DNA of 64,000 nucleotides from Marsupella aquatica (GCA_973895155.1 OZ316894.1:22601867-22665866); one strand, 5' to 3'. Shown: positions 1 through 10,122, numbered from the stretch's first letter. Notes: generated from the sequence alone by a model not told the origin. Numbers and translations: made by a program.

Positions 1-722
1 GAATGAGCTGAGACTTTTCTAGAGTACTCTACTACATATAATCTCTATGTTGGTAAAGTTTCAGACTTTTCTGAGACTTCTAACTGCCTCAAATAAATTG
101 GCAAAAGTGGTGCAATGTTATAAAAGTGCGGAAATCAGAAATATTTCTAAGTGTCGGGAAGATAGTGGACACTTCAGAAAGCGTCGATTGGATTTTGGTG
201 TTTTGGTCGCGGCGTCTGTCTTCCGGCCTTCAGGTGGGACGCTTCAGAAAGTGGCGGAGTCTGTCTTGGCGGACGCTTCAGAAAGCGTCGATTCTGCTTT
301 GTCTTCGAACACGGCCGAACAGTCAAGGCGTCACTTCTCATGTGGACGCTTCAGAAAGCGTCTCATCGAACTTGGGGTTAGCGGACGCTTCAGAAAGCAT
401 CTTAAAGCGTCCGGTGTCTGGTTCGAATAGACGTTTCACGAAGCGTCTTCTGTTCCGTGGTATCGATGAAGGACGGCTCAAAAAGCGTCGTGGTTAAGGG
501 GGTCGCATCTGGTTGGCAGCACACATGGACGCCTCTGCTGTCTTGAGGTTTATTGGCTTTGTAACTGGGGACGCTTCAGAAAGCGTCCTTAGTTAGACTG
601 AAGTGAGTTAACCGCCAAATGGAAAGTGGACGCTTCAGAAAGCGTCGTTTTTGCTCAAAAAGTTTGAAACGATTCAGATTTTTCTCTTATGGTCGTGTTT
701 CAGCAAAAGTCTCCTTTCCACA
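1..722 (-). repeat. 3' LTR (partial; only its 5'-most 722 bp lie in the window)
   Basis: Matches 12032-12753 with about 7 substitutions by eye. Begins TGTGGAAAGG on the minus strand immediately after the PPT. Confidence 0.95.
168..646. repeat. Array of about 9 copies of the 18-bp hairpin motif GACGCTTCAGAAAGCGTC in the 3' LTR U3
   Basis: Copies or variants start at about 168, 238, 272, 345, 384, 430, 472, 570 and 629, with a partial copy at 528. Stem GACGCTT/AAGCGTC, 4-nt loop. Confidence 0.9.
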
Positions 723-738
723 TAGCCCTCCACTCAAA
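723..738 (-). other. Polypurine tract adjacent to the 3' LTR (PPT2)
   Basis: Minus-strand TTTGAGTGGAGGGCTA directly precedes the LTR's TG. Confidence 0.85.
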
Positions 739-823
739 ATTCGCTGTGTCCGCACAAGAAGTGAAATAATATACTTGATCAGGCACTTCTGAAGTGGCTC
801 TTTAATGATGTGGAGTTGTAAAA

Positions 824-3256
824 TTACATTGGAGGCCAAGGGTCAAGTAGAGGCAATCGAGCAAGTCCTCTGATAGCGTGGGATCCTTGAGTGCGAGAAG
901 AGGAATGTAGTTGGAGTCTCTGTAGCTGTTCTCTGAGTTTAAGCAGATCCTTCTCATACTTATACTGAATTGCATATCCGTCATGAGCAACCCAGACATA
1001 GTAACGATAAGGCCATGGATGTTCTGGAGGTATAGGAGGAAAAGGACAAAGGGTTCTTCGAAGGGTATACACCCAACACCATATTTCATACTCAGAGAAT
1101 TTATGTCTCCTGTCCTTATCTATAGGTGGAACAACTTTAGGAAATTTATACGTAGGAATCAAAGTACGAATGCCTGGAGGACATAATCCTGGCAAAACCT
1201 GTTGTTGCTGTCTGATACTCTCTACTTCCAAATGCCTGAAAGCCATATGGTAGTCTTTCTTGGTCCAAGAATTAATAGAAGTAAGATTGGGGACAGGAAT
1301 AGGAGGTGGTAACTCAACCGATCTCCCTAATTTTGGTGGAATTCGAATAATTCGAGGATCTGCCTCATCCTCACTGCCATCACTTGGCGCACCTATCCAT
1401 CGAAAAATAACCCCTGGAGTATTGGAAGGAATCACAGATTCCTTAGCAGGAGGACAAGGTGAAGTCTCAGGAGACAAAGGTGCAATAGTAGGCTGTACTA
1501 GCTCTGGAATTGCCCTATCTCCTCGACCTGCACTGGGTGGTTCGTTTTCTAGCCGTAACTCCTCTGAGTAGGCAGCTACCTGCTCCGAATCGTTATATGG
1601 TTCCTGCTCATGGGCATACTGCTCTTGTACCTCAATCTGAGCCTCCACAAAATCTGTAGCAGCATGTAATTCCACCGAATCTCGAGCTTTCCGTAACCTT
1701 TTCCATGGTCGACGCCTATAAGTAACTGGATACTCATCTCGGGCTCGAGGTGGAGAAGCTGTAAGTGGAGCGTCCAGAGAAGCATATCTCTCAAAATCGT
1801 TTGGAGCTGATATGTGCTGAGGTGATGCCCCAGGACTCTGTTCCGAACTATCATAGCCCATTGGTATTGTGGGTAACCGGGAGATTTGACTTAATCTCTC
1901 AGCTAAGTCTTCCGAAATGTCCAATGGTACCGCCACCATACTACTACCTTCCTGCTGACTTGAATCATCTCGTTCAGATCTTCGCAAAAAGGAGACATCC
2001 TCCTCATCATCAATCTCTACAATTGCATTCTCACCATCACTTCTTGAAACATCAAAACCTGGTATTCCTAAAGGTTGAATGTCTTGGGGAAAACCAAGGA
2101 CATCCTGTAAGGGTGGCTGTGGACTCCCATTGGAGTATTCATCCGATTGGTAGTCCTGTAATGAAGCCAAAGCGTCCGGTCCTGCTGCAGCTAGAGATGG
2201 GGATAAACTTGGTAACTCATTCAAAACTACATTTTCTGCAAAAGAAGGTAAAACTGAACCTTCACCTGGTGATTCCGCAGCTGTCTCTGGTTCCTGAATA
2301 GCTTCCTCCGGGTTACGCAGAGGGATGGGACTCCCACACTGTGAACTGAGCTGGGCCTCGTCCATCAATTTGGCTTCAATATCATGCGAAAGTCGGTCAG
2401 CTAGCTCCTCGTCAACTGTAGGGGTGTCCTCCTCTGGAATTTGAGTGGCCTGCTCATGTGCTTCAACCAAATTTCGGACATTTGGTAACAACTCATCCTC
2501 TTCGCAATCTAATAAAGTACACAATGCAATCAGAGTATCCTGAGGATTGTTGAGTGGCTCATCCGATCGACAACTCACGTCCATTCGCACCTTAGTCCTC
2601 AAATTTCGATAAATCCTTTTCTCTGTCGGTAACAGGCATCGCTTCTTGTAATAAATATGCGCGAAGTAGGGTGTCATTTGCACCTTCCTCAGCTTCCTTG
2701 CTCTAACTCGACTTCGAAAATTCTTCACCTGCGCATGGATCACTCTATGTAGGATTTGAGTCCAATTGATGGTCTTCCTCTGTTCCACAGAAAAAATCAC
2801 AGTGGCCGCAAACGACAAGGTAATACGCGTTTGACTCTTAGGATGAAAAATAGGGGAGAGGAACCAAAATAAATGCTGCAATCGCGCTTCTATGCAATCT
2901 GTCGCCACCCAGCCATTCCGCCTCTTGAATGTTCCCGGATAAAACAGAGATTCAATGTAAGCCCTAGGTTCGCCTTCTACTTTTTGTAATCCTTCGCCTA
3001 CGCTTGGAGTCGAATAAACTGATGAGATGAGCTCCTCATTCCAATTGCTTGGCCTCGCGCATATCTCCGGTCCTTCCTCTCCGTCCCATTCGCCCCGATC
3101 GATCAAGCTGAATTCACAAATACTCCAAGGAAACTTTAGGAGATTCTTCAAGCCCATAGTCGTCAAATCCTCTCGTAGTCGCCTTCGATCATCTATTCCT
3201 AATGGAATCACAACAACTATCGGACGCGCAGTGACTTCTAGCTCCGATTCCACCAT
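824..3256 (-). CDS. Retrotransposon accessory (env-position) ORF, 810 aa: plant-transposon-protein-like N-terminal domain, acidic/Pro-rich middle, aromatic-rich C-terminal domain
   Basis: Uninterrupted ORF between the two PPTs, in the position of the Athila env-like ORF. N-terminal motifs GLKNLLKFPW, NGWVATDC, FWFLSPI and INWTQIL resemble the decayed ORF at 14591-17345. Confidence 0.8.
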   Translation of the reverse strand: MVESELEVTARPIVVVIPLGIDDRRRLREDLTTMGLKNLLKFPWSICEFSLIDRGEWDGEEGPEICARPSNWNEELISSVYSTPSVGEGLQKVEGEPRAYIESLFYPGTFKRRNGWVATDCIEARLQHLFWFLSPIFHPKSQTRITLSFAATVIFSVEQRKTINWTQILHRVIHAQVKNFRSRVRARKLRKVQMTPYFAHIYYKKRCLLPTEKRIYRNLRTKVRMDVSCRSDEPLNNPQDTLIALCTLLDCEEDELLPNVRNLVEAHEQATQIPEEDTPTVDEELADRLSHDIEAKLMDEAQLSSQCGSPIPLRNPEEAIQEPETAAESPGEGSVLPSFAENVVLNELPSLSPSLAAAGPDALASLQDYQSDEYSNGSPQPPLQDVLGFPQDIQPLGIPGFDVSRSDGENAIVEIDDEEDVSFLRRSERDDSSQQEGSSMVAVPLDISEDLAERLSQISRLPTIPMGYDSSEQSPGASPQHISAPNDFERYASLDAPLTASPPRARDEYPVTYRRRPWKRLRKARDSVELHAATDFVEAQIEVQEQYAHEQEPYNDSEQVAAYSEELRLENEPPSAGRGDRAIPELVQPTIAPLSPETSPCPPAKESVIPSNTPGVIFRWIGAPSDGSEDEADPRIIRIPPKLGRSVELPPPIPVPNLTSINSWTKKDYHMAFRHLEVESIRQQQQVLPGLCPPGIRTLIPTYKFPKVVPPIDKDRRHKFSEYEIWCWVYTLRRTLCPFPPIPPEHPWPYRYYVWVAHDGYAIQYKYEKDLLKLREQLQRLQLHSSSRTQGSHAIRGLARLPLLDPWPPM

Positions 3257-3453
3257 CGCTCAGTCTGCAATCTCTTCTGGCGCAGCTCCACTCTTCCTTC
3301 AATCAGGGTCGCCACCTCCTCTATATCAATCATCGGTAATGAGCGCTACTAAACTTGGTTTCAAAAACCACTCGTCGTTTCTCTTCTTCGACCCATTAGA
3401 CGTCACTATCCCTCGCCGTACTTGAGATCATTCCAAAATTTCAAATTGTGCTG

Positions 3454-3639
3454 GACGCTTCAGAAAGCGGCCCAAATCCGGACGGAAATCCTGAGTCAGC
3501 AAGTTGACGCCTCCGAAGTGCATCTCCTGGACGCTTCAAAAGCGTCGTCTACTGGTCGTGGAGCGGACGCCTCAAAAAGCGTCCCATCGGTCCCGCTTCG
3601 CGAAATCAGTCCACAATGCTGGACGCTTCAGAAAGCGTC
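3454..3639. repeat. Internal cluster of about 5 copies of the LTR hairpin motif, upstream of the accessory ORF
   Basis: GACGCTTCAGAAAGCGTC-like copies at about 3454, 3506, 3530, 3566 and 3622. Confidence 0.85.
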
Positions 3640-3740
3640 TCAATTTTTTTTTTTAAAATTTTCCAAACATAATCTTTTAATCTACTATTCTAAGCCCTTC
3701 CATACTAGTATTTCTTACAGATATGAAATATACCTATCCC

Positions 3741-3755
3741 AGCCCTCCACTCAAA
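3741..3755 (-). other. Internal polypurine tract (PPT1) right after the integrase stop codon
   Basis: AGCCCTCCACTCAAA, identical to 724-738. Two PPTs flanking the env-like ORF are known in Athila elements. Confidence 0.85.
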
Positions 3756-6708
3756 CTACGACATGTCCTCATGCGCGGAATAGAAGTGATAGGGCTTTAA
3801 TCTAAAGCCATTAATTCTAGTGTCTAAGGGGGATCCATCTAAAGTGGTTAAGGATACAGAACCATTAGGCCATATGTTCTCAATTCGATAAGGGCCGATC
3901 CAATGGGTATGTAATTTACCCGGAAAAAGCATGTAGCGGGAATCAAAAACTAACACTAAATCATTATTAGCTAGCTTAACCTGTTTAAGCTTTTTATCAT
4001 AAGAGTGTTTCCGGTTTGCTTGGACTACAGCAGTATGTTCTAAGGCTAAAAGTCTATTTTCTTCTAATTTCATAATATCAACAAACCGACTCTCGATACT
4101 TGCTTCAGGGGTGAATCTCTCAGGAATAAGTAAGCGCTCAGTAGGAATGGAAAACTCAATAGGGATAATACTATCAACCCCATAAGTTAAATAAAATGGG
4201 GTTCTAAGGGTGGTAATCTTTTCAGCAGTACGGTAAGCCCAAAGCGTAGAGTGCAATTTTACATCCCAGTCAGTCTTGTGAGATTCCACCATCTTATTCA
4301 GAATCTTGCCCATAATGCCATTAGCTCTCTCCGTTAAGCCATTAGCTCGGGGGTTGTAAGGAGTAGTTTTGCGATGCTTGATAAGATATATGTCAGTAAT
4401 TAACTCAATAGTTGAGTTAAGAAAATGTAGACCCCTATCGCTGACCAACTCCAAAGGACATCCGAACCGAGTAATAATATGCTCAAAGAGAAATGCAGCC
4501 GCTGTTGTAGCATCATTCTTGCGAGTGGCTTTAGCCTCCACCCATTTGATGGCATAATCAGTGGCCAGAATAATGTATTTGCTACGACTTTTCCTAGTGG
4601 CTGGTGAAATTGGGCCCACAAAATCAATACCCCATTTCTCAAAGGGGGCCAAAGGAAGGATCACAGGTTTTAATAAAATTGTAGGTGTCCTTGTGCATTG
4701 TGGGCCACCAATATCCGGTATCTTGAATTTTCTTAACAGTGGTGGTAACTGCATAGTGTCCGCCTGTCTCACCAGAATGTAAGGCTGCAATTACCTGTGG
4801 AATTTCTCTCATCTCAAGGCAACGCCGTAACCTTTGATCAGGGCCTTGCTTAAATAAGGTGCCTTTGATAATTGTATAAGGACCTACCTTATGTGCAAAA
4901 ACAGCCCTCTCCTCAGCATTAAGTCCTTCTGGAAAGACCCCATACAGCAACATCTTCACAATATCAAAATATTTCGAGGACTCGCCTTCAATGTGCCAAA
5001 GGTGCTCATCCGGAAAGTCGTCAGACAGGTTGTGGTCATTCTCTGTACCTGGAAGTCTAGACAATAAGTCGACATTCTCATGGTGTTTCCCTGGACGGAC
5101 TTGCACCTCGTAATCAAATTCCTGAAGCAGGAGGACCCATCTAGCCACCCTCCCCGACAGGTCAACTTGATTAACCAGGTATTTCAAAGAATGATGGTCC
5201 GTGTGAAAGATGATCTGATATCCAAGAAGATAATGACGAAACTTTTTGCATGCAAAAACAATGGCTAAGGCTTCTCTTTCGGTAACTGTATAGTTTTTCT
5301 CAGCAGCACTCATCTGCCTACTAGCATAATAAATGGGATGATCCCTATTGTCATCATCCTTTTGACTCAAGTTAGCTCCGATGCAGAAGGCAGATGAGTC
5401 AATGAAAACATGAAACTTCCTACTCCAATCTGGTGGGGAGAGAATGGGCGCAGTCACAAGGCGGTCCTTTAGTGTTTGAAAAGCTTGCTATCTTTCTTCA
5501 TTCCAAACATAAGGTTCATTTTGTTTGAGCAATTTGGTCAGAGGCATAACAATATCGGCATGTTTATGAATGAATCTGCGATAATACCCGACATGCCCTA
5601 AGAAGGCACGGAGTTGCTTCAAATCCGTCGGAGGTTGAAGTTCCACGATCACCCGGACCTTTTCTTTGTCCACCTCTATGCCACGCTGAGAAATGACATG
5701 GCCGAGCAAGATACCTTCCTACATTCCGATGAAGCACTTCTCGGGGTGTAAGCACAATTGAGCTTCCCGACACTTCTAGAAAGTCTTATCGAGGTGCATT
5801 AAATGGTCAGCCGCCGATCCATACACACAGAAATCATCGATGAAGATCTCCATGAAGTGCCGAAGGTACTCCTGAAAAATAATCATCATGATACGCTGAA
5901 AAGTGCCTGGGGCATTACACAACCCAAATGGCATCATTGCATACGCATATGTACCCCAATCCGTTGTGAACGTGGTCTTGTCCCGATCCTCCTTTCGAAT
6001 GGAAACCTGGTTGTACCCAGAGTATCCGTCCAGAAAAGTATACAACTCATGCAATGCGACCTGATCAAGCACTAGATCTATGAAGGGTAAGGGATAATGG
6101 TCCTTCCTGGTGGCTGCATTCAATTTCCGATAGTCCTGACACACGCGGATTTTTGTCTTTCCATCAGGTCCCGCCTTCTTGGGTACAATGACAATGGGGG
6201 ATACCCATTCACTACTCAAGACGGGGTAGATGAAACCAGCAGCAGTCAACTTATCCAGCTCCTCCTTCACAAGGACAGAGTACTTGGGGTTCAAACGGTA
6301 CTGCCTTTGACGGACTGGCACTACCCCTTCCATCAAGCCTATCCGATGCTCTCCCAGATGAGGGTGGATGCCCTTCAAATCTGAATGACTCCATGCAAAA
6401 ACATCCTTGTACTGGGTCAACAACTTAATGTACAAGTCCCGCAACTCACCCTGGATATGCTTTCCTATATTAAGGAACTTGCCAGGTTCAATCTCAACTT
6501 TTTGACAAGCCTTAGGGTCCACTATACCATCCGTTAGGCCTGCTGGCCTAAGCTCCAAATCACCAACACCAGACTCACTGATTTCCGGAGAGGGAGGGTG
6601 TTTTCCATTACCGGAGGATACGCCATGCATTTGCTGATCTGAGAATTGTTTCCCTGTATCATGGCCGACTCCTTGTAAGTTTGCTTTCTCCCCTTCCGGT
6701 GGAAATTG
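3756..6708 (-). pseudogene. Disrupted pol (RT, RNase H, integrase)
   Basis: RT motifs WVSPIVIVPKK, FLDGYSGY, MPFGLCNAP and FIDD. RH motifs DSSAFCIGA, EREALA and TDHHSL. INT motifs GIDFVGP, SDRG, NGLTER and GPY. In-frame TAG stops at 5776, 5719 and 5488. Frameshifting deletion near 4660. Confidence 0.93.
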
Positions 6709-9700
6709 TCAAAAAGGGTCCTCGGAAGCTAATCCAATCTCCACAACTGGATCAGATAGGTAAACCTCCAAATAGCGTACCTCCTCCAACTCAAACTCCA
6801 ATGGCTCCAGAATCAGGTTGGAATCCGAAAAGTCTGACGTATACCCGTCGTCAGTTTGCGTCTCGCCCTTATGATCCTCAGTAGCCCAACTCACCACCAC
6901 CTTGGGTTTACCAAAAGACATCTCTTGAGCTTTCCAATTTACCTGCACTTGGGCTTTATACAAGCGGGGGCGGCCTAACAAGACTGGAAAGCTGGAAGGT
7001 ACCTCTGGACTTATTATCACATATTCCAAAGTAAATGGAACACCAGCAATCAGAGTATCTACCTTACTTAATTTTCCCGCGAGAACAACTCGAGATTGGT
7101 CCGCCATGCGCAGGATCTTGGGTGTTGGTTCAAACTTAGTAAATCCAAGATTAAATGCAGTTTGCTGAGTCATGAGGTTGACGCTGGAACCACCATCCAC
7201 TGGTACTCTCCTCACAACACATCCTTGAATTTGTACGTCCAGCTCTGGTGGTCCCTTATCCTCCCATTCCAAACGTAATACATCCACCTCTGGCAACTTA
7301 CGCCGCCTTCGCTTTCCTGCCAACAATCCTCTCAATTGGCGTCTATAAACCGGGTTGTCTTGCAACAACTCACCAATGGTGATATGAGCAAGATGGCCCT
7401 TCACGTCTTCTACAATATCATATCCCTGTTGCTTTAACACAGGTCGTTCGGGCTCCTTCACCACTGGCTTCTGAATTGAATGCGAGGTGTGATCTTTAAC
7501 TAGTTCCTCTAATTGAGCTTTTACTTCTGAAGAAATGTCAGGTAAAAAATATTTGGGATCATAGCAATCATAAGCTGGGTCCTGATCCTTGGGTAGGCCT
7601 TCCTCAAATGGAGCTCGTTCCTTCGGCTTAGGTCCCTTCTTTTGGTGCTTCGCTACTGCTCGTTTCTCCTCTTTCCGCTTGGAACGAGTAGTTGCATAGG
7701 TATCCGTTAGAACTTTGTCCCGATCCTGAACTCGAGCATTAGGCATGCCCACCACCCCTGGCTTCACCAAGTGATCCACTAACACATCAGGAACAATTCC
7801 GGCTAGTGGTTGAGCAAACAAGGAGTGGCCTGTCACTTCCACTCTGTTCACATCCCCATGGTGGATCATTCCACAATGCTCAACTTCTTCAGAGTACACC
7901 ATCCTCACTTTAGCCTCTGGTCTGATTGTCTCCTTGACAGGCTCTTGAGCAAAGCGAACCATCATTTTTGTTTTAGGCGGATTTGGACATTCCACAGGCA
8001 AGTGCCCTTCCTTGCCACAATTTCCACATATAGGGGTGTATCCCTCTTCTCTCTTCGGATACGGACATTGCGGTGAGTAGTGGTCCGGCTGACCGCAATT
8101 CCAACAGGATCCTTTCTGCCGTGGAGCTCCTCTAGGGGGGTATCCTCCTGGAGGTCCCATAGGCGGCCTGGGAACAGGTTTGTTGAAGGCAGGTTTTGGC
8201 GGTACCCAATTATTCATTGGAGGGGCAGGTGGGAAATACTGACCTCCTGGTGTTGCCTGAACTGCATATGCCGGCTCGTATTCATAATCTTCTACCTCCT
8301 CCGGTCCTTCCAAGTAATTTACTGCCATACGCCAATTTGGGCACTCCGTCGGATAGTGCCCTTGCTGATTACAATGGGTACACCACACGTTTGTCCTCAT
8401 GGTTGGTGGTAATCTTTGCACAGGTTTCACCGCAGCAATATGTACATTCAGCTTAGATAGCTTCCCAATTATTTCCTCCATCATGCGATCCATTTTTTTC
8501 TGAGTAGAAGTCTTAGGCTCTACCTTCGAGGTTGACTTCTTCTTTTTGGAGGCGGACTGTTCCGAATCTGAACTAGAACTAGAGCTAGCGCTCGCACTAG
8601 TGCTTGAATCCGTACTCTCATCGTCTTCACTACTGCTGCTGTCACTATCGTCCTTCTCTGAATCAGATTTAGACTTTGATTTTTTCTTCTTTTTCCTCTT
8701 ATCTTTCTTCAAGTCTTTCCTCACTCGCTTTTTCTCAGAAATTTCAGAATCCACATACTTCTGTGCTGATTCCTGAACTTCCTCCAAAGTAGTACCACCT
8801 TCACGCCTGACATATCGAGCAATTCGTGACGGCAATCCGTTGATAAACCAATCCTTCACAGTAGACTTAGATGTGGCTGGATTATATTGGTCCACCAAAT
8901 CCAACAGTTTATCCGCATATTTCCTCACAGACCCATGTTTCTTCATGTGTAAATGAGAGATCCTAGCAAAAGCTCGAGCGGCAGACCCCTCCTCTTTGTA
9001 CTTAGCCAAGAAGGCAGCCTTCAACTTACCCCTGTCATGTTTATCTGGAAAGCGATCATACCACTTTTGAGCTCTCTTCTTCATCAGTCCACCAAATAAA
9101 TTAGCCTTTTCCGCATCTTGGCTTTGTCCATTTGAAGCTGCAGCAGCTTCAAATTCCTTCAAATAGACTTCTGCATCCTCTTTAGATGATCCAAAGAATC
9201 TATCATATCTCACATTGTTACGAGCCATTATAGTAGGACTTAGATTAGGGATGGGTAAGGCAGATCGGATGGCAAACGGATTAGTCCAAGTTTGAGGACT
9301 TAATACAATAGAACTACTAGATTCTGAACTACTGCCGGAGCTCTTCTCGCCTGAAGACGACCCTTCTGATGAATTAAATGCTGTGAAGCCTTCAAGTTCT
9401 TCTAGAGTTGGATTCTGTTGTAAAATCCCTTCGACATCTGATGGTTTCCTTGAATGCTGTGGTGGACCAATCAACTTGGGTCCGGATCGCAAATTCACAT
9501 ATAAGGGTCTACTGGGTGCAGAATTTTCCAGAGTCCCTTGGGTTCCCCTAGTCTGAATGGAGGTTACCTTCCTTGTCACACTTCCCGGTAAAGGGAATTC
9601 TGATGCTTGAAAATCAGACAGGAGGTCTCGAGGCTCCACTGCCTTGCTCGAGGATTCTGATTTATAAGAAGCTTTCCTCCATTTCTTTTTGATTTGGCGA

Positions 9701-9714
9701 GCTTCCTCCGACAT
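6709..9714 (-). CDS. Gag with three CCHC zinc knuckles plus aspartic protease (1001 aa)
   Basis: Retrotrans-gag-like region. CX2CX4HX4C at about 8341-8382, 8065-8106 and 7987-8028. Protease motifs VPVDGGSSVNLM and VLLGRP. In frame with pol, separated from it by one TGA. Confidence 0.92.
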   Translation of the reverse strand: MSEEARQIKKKWRKASYKSESSSKAVEPRDLLSDFQASEFPLPGSVTRKVTSIQTRGTQGTLENSAPSRPLYVNLRSGPKLIGPPQHSRKPSDVEGILQQNPTLEELEGFTAFNSSEGSSSGEKSSGSSSESSSSIVLSPQTWTNPFAIRSALPIPNLSPTIMARNNVRYDRFFGSSKEDAEVYLKEFEAAAASNGQSQDAEKANLFGGLMKKRAQKWYDRFPDKHDRGKLKAAFLAKYKEEGSAARAFARISHLHMKKHGSVRKYADKLLDLVDQYNPATSKSTVKDWFINGLPSRIARYVRREGGTTLEEVQESAQKYVDSEISEKKRVRKDLKKDKRKKKKKSKSKSDSEKDDSDSSSSEDDESTDSSTSASASSSSSSDSEQSASKKKKSTSKVEPKTSTQKKMDRMMEEIIGKLSKLNVHIAAVKPVQRLPPTMRTNVWCTHCNQQGHYPTECPNWRMAVNYLEGPEEVEDYEYEPAYAVQATPGGQYFPPAPPMNNWVPPKPAFNKPVPRPPMGPPGGYPPRGAPRQKGSCWNCGQPDHYSPQCPYPKREEGYTPICGNCGKEGHLPVECPNPPKTKMMVRFAQEPVKETIRPEAKVRMVYSEEVEHCGMIHHGDVNRVEVTGHSLFAQPLAGIVPDVLVDHLVKPGVVGMPNARVQDRDKVLTDTYATTRSKRKEEKRAVAKHQKKGPKPKERAPFEEGLPKDQDPAYDCYDPKYFLPDISSEVKAQLEELVKDHTSHSIQKPVVKEPERPVLKQQGYDIVEDVKGHLAHITIGELLQDNPVYRRQLRGLLAGKRRRRKLPEVDVLRLEWEDKGPPELDVQIQGCVVRRVPVDGGSSVNLMTQQTAFNLGFTKFEPTPKILRMADQSRVVLAGKLSKVDTLIAGVPFTLEYVIISPEVPSSFPVLLGRPRLYKAQVQVNWKAQEMSFGKPKVVVSWATEDHKGETQTDDGYTSDFSDSNLILEPLEFELEEVRYLEVYLSDPVVEIGLASEDPF

Positions 9715-9768
9715 ACCTCATTCTTAGCAATAGTAAAACTTCTCTCCCTAGTTAATTGTCTTGCTACA

Positions 9769-10122
9769 TTACTGAATCCAGGTCGTACTCAGAAGTATTG
9801 AAGGAAGATGTGATTCATGAGGCCCCATTATGAAGAAATCCAGGTGGTACAGGCGATCACCAATTTGAATAGGTACTACCCTCATCTCCCCCACAGGTTT
9901 AATCAATTGGCCATTGATCCAGAACTGTGTGTAAGTTGGTAAAATTGGTGCGAGAGCCAGATTCTGAGCCAAACGAATAGAAAGCAAATTAATTCGAGAG
10001 CCCCTGTCTATTGAAACTTCCTTAATCAGGTATCCCGCCAATCTCACCTGAGATTCAAAAGAACTTTGGATGGCTCTTGTGAACACATTGGAGGGATGCA
10101 TGGTAGCTTTGATTACAAGCAT
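9769..10122 (-). CDS. Free-standing second retropepsin-like protein upstream of gag (117 aa)
   Basis: VRLAGYLIKEVSIDRGSRINLLS...PVGEMRVVPIQIG..YHLDFFIM....SILLSTTWI aligns collinearly with the element's own protease VQIQGCVVRRVPVDGGSSVNLMT...LAGKLSKVDTLIAG..FTLEYVII....PVLLGRPRL. Confidence 0.7.
   Translation of the reverse strand: MLVIKATMHPSNVFTRAIQSSFESQVRLAGYLIKEVSIDRGSRINLLSIRLAQNLALAPILPTYTQFWINGQLIKPVGEMRVVPIQIGDRLYHLDFFIMGPHESHLPSILLSTTWIQ

Noticed and set aside
47-497. ORFs of 127 and 123 aa in the LTR (also at 12078-12528)
   Set aside because: They are antisense to the element, and their recurring peptides (DASESV, GRFRKR, TLQKAS) are translations of the hairpin motif.
168-646. 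CRISPR array (palindromic repeats with unique spacers)
   Set aside because: Repeats are only 18 bp with irregular periods (34-73 bp). They lie inside a plant LTR, are copied in both LTRs, and there are no cas genes.
824-3256. True retroviral envelope gene
   Set aside because: No evident signal peptide, transmembrane anchor or fusion peptide. It is env-like by position only.
6700-6720. Programmed stop-codon readthrough between PR and RT (TGA CAA TTT resembles CARYYA)
   Set aside because: The match is imperfect, the stop lies after the protease rather than after gag, and three other stops show ordinary C>T decay. It would be reconsidered if the stop is conserved in intact copies.
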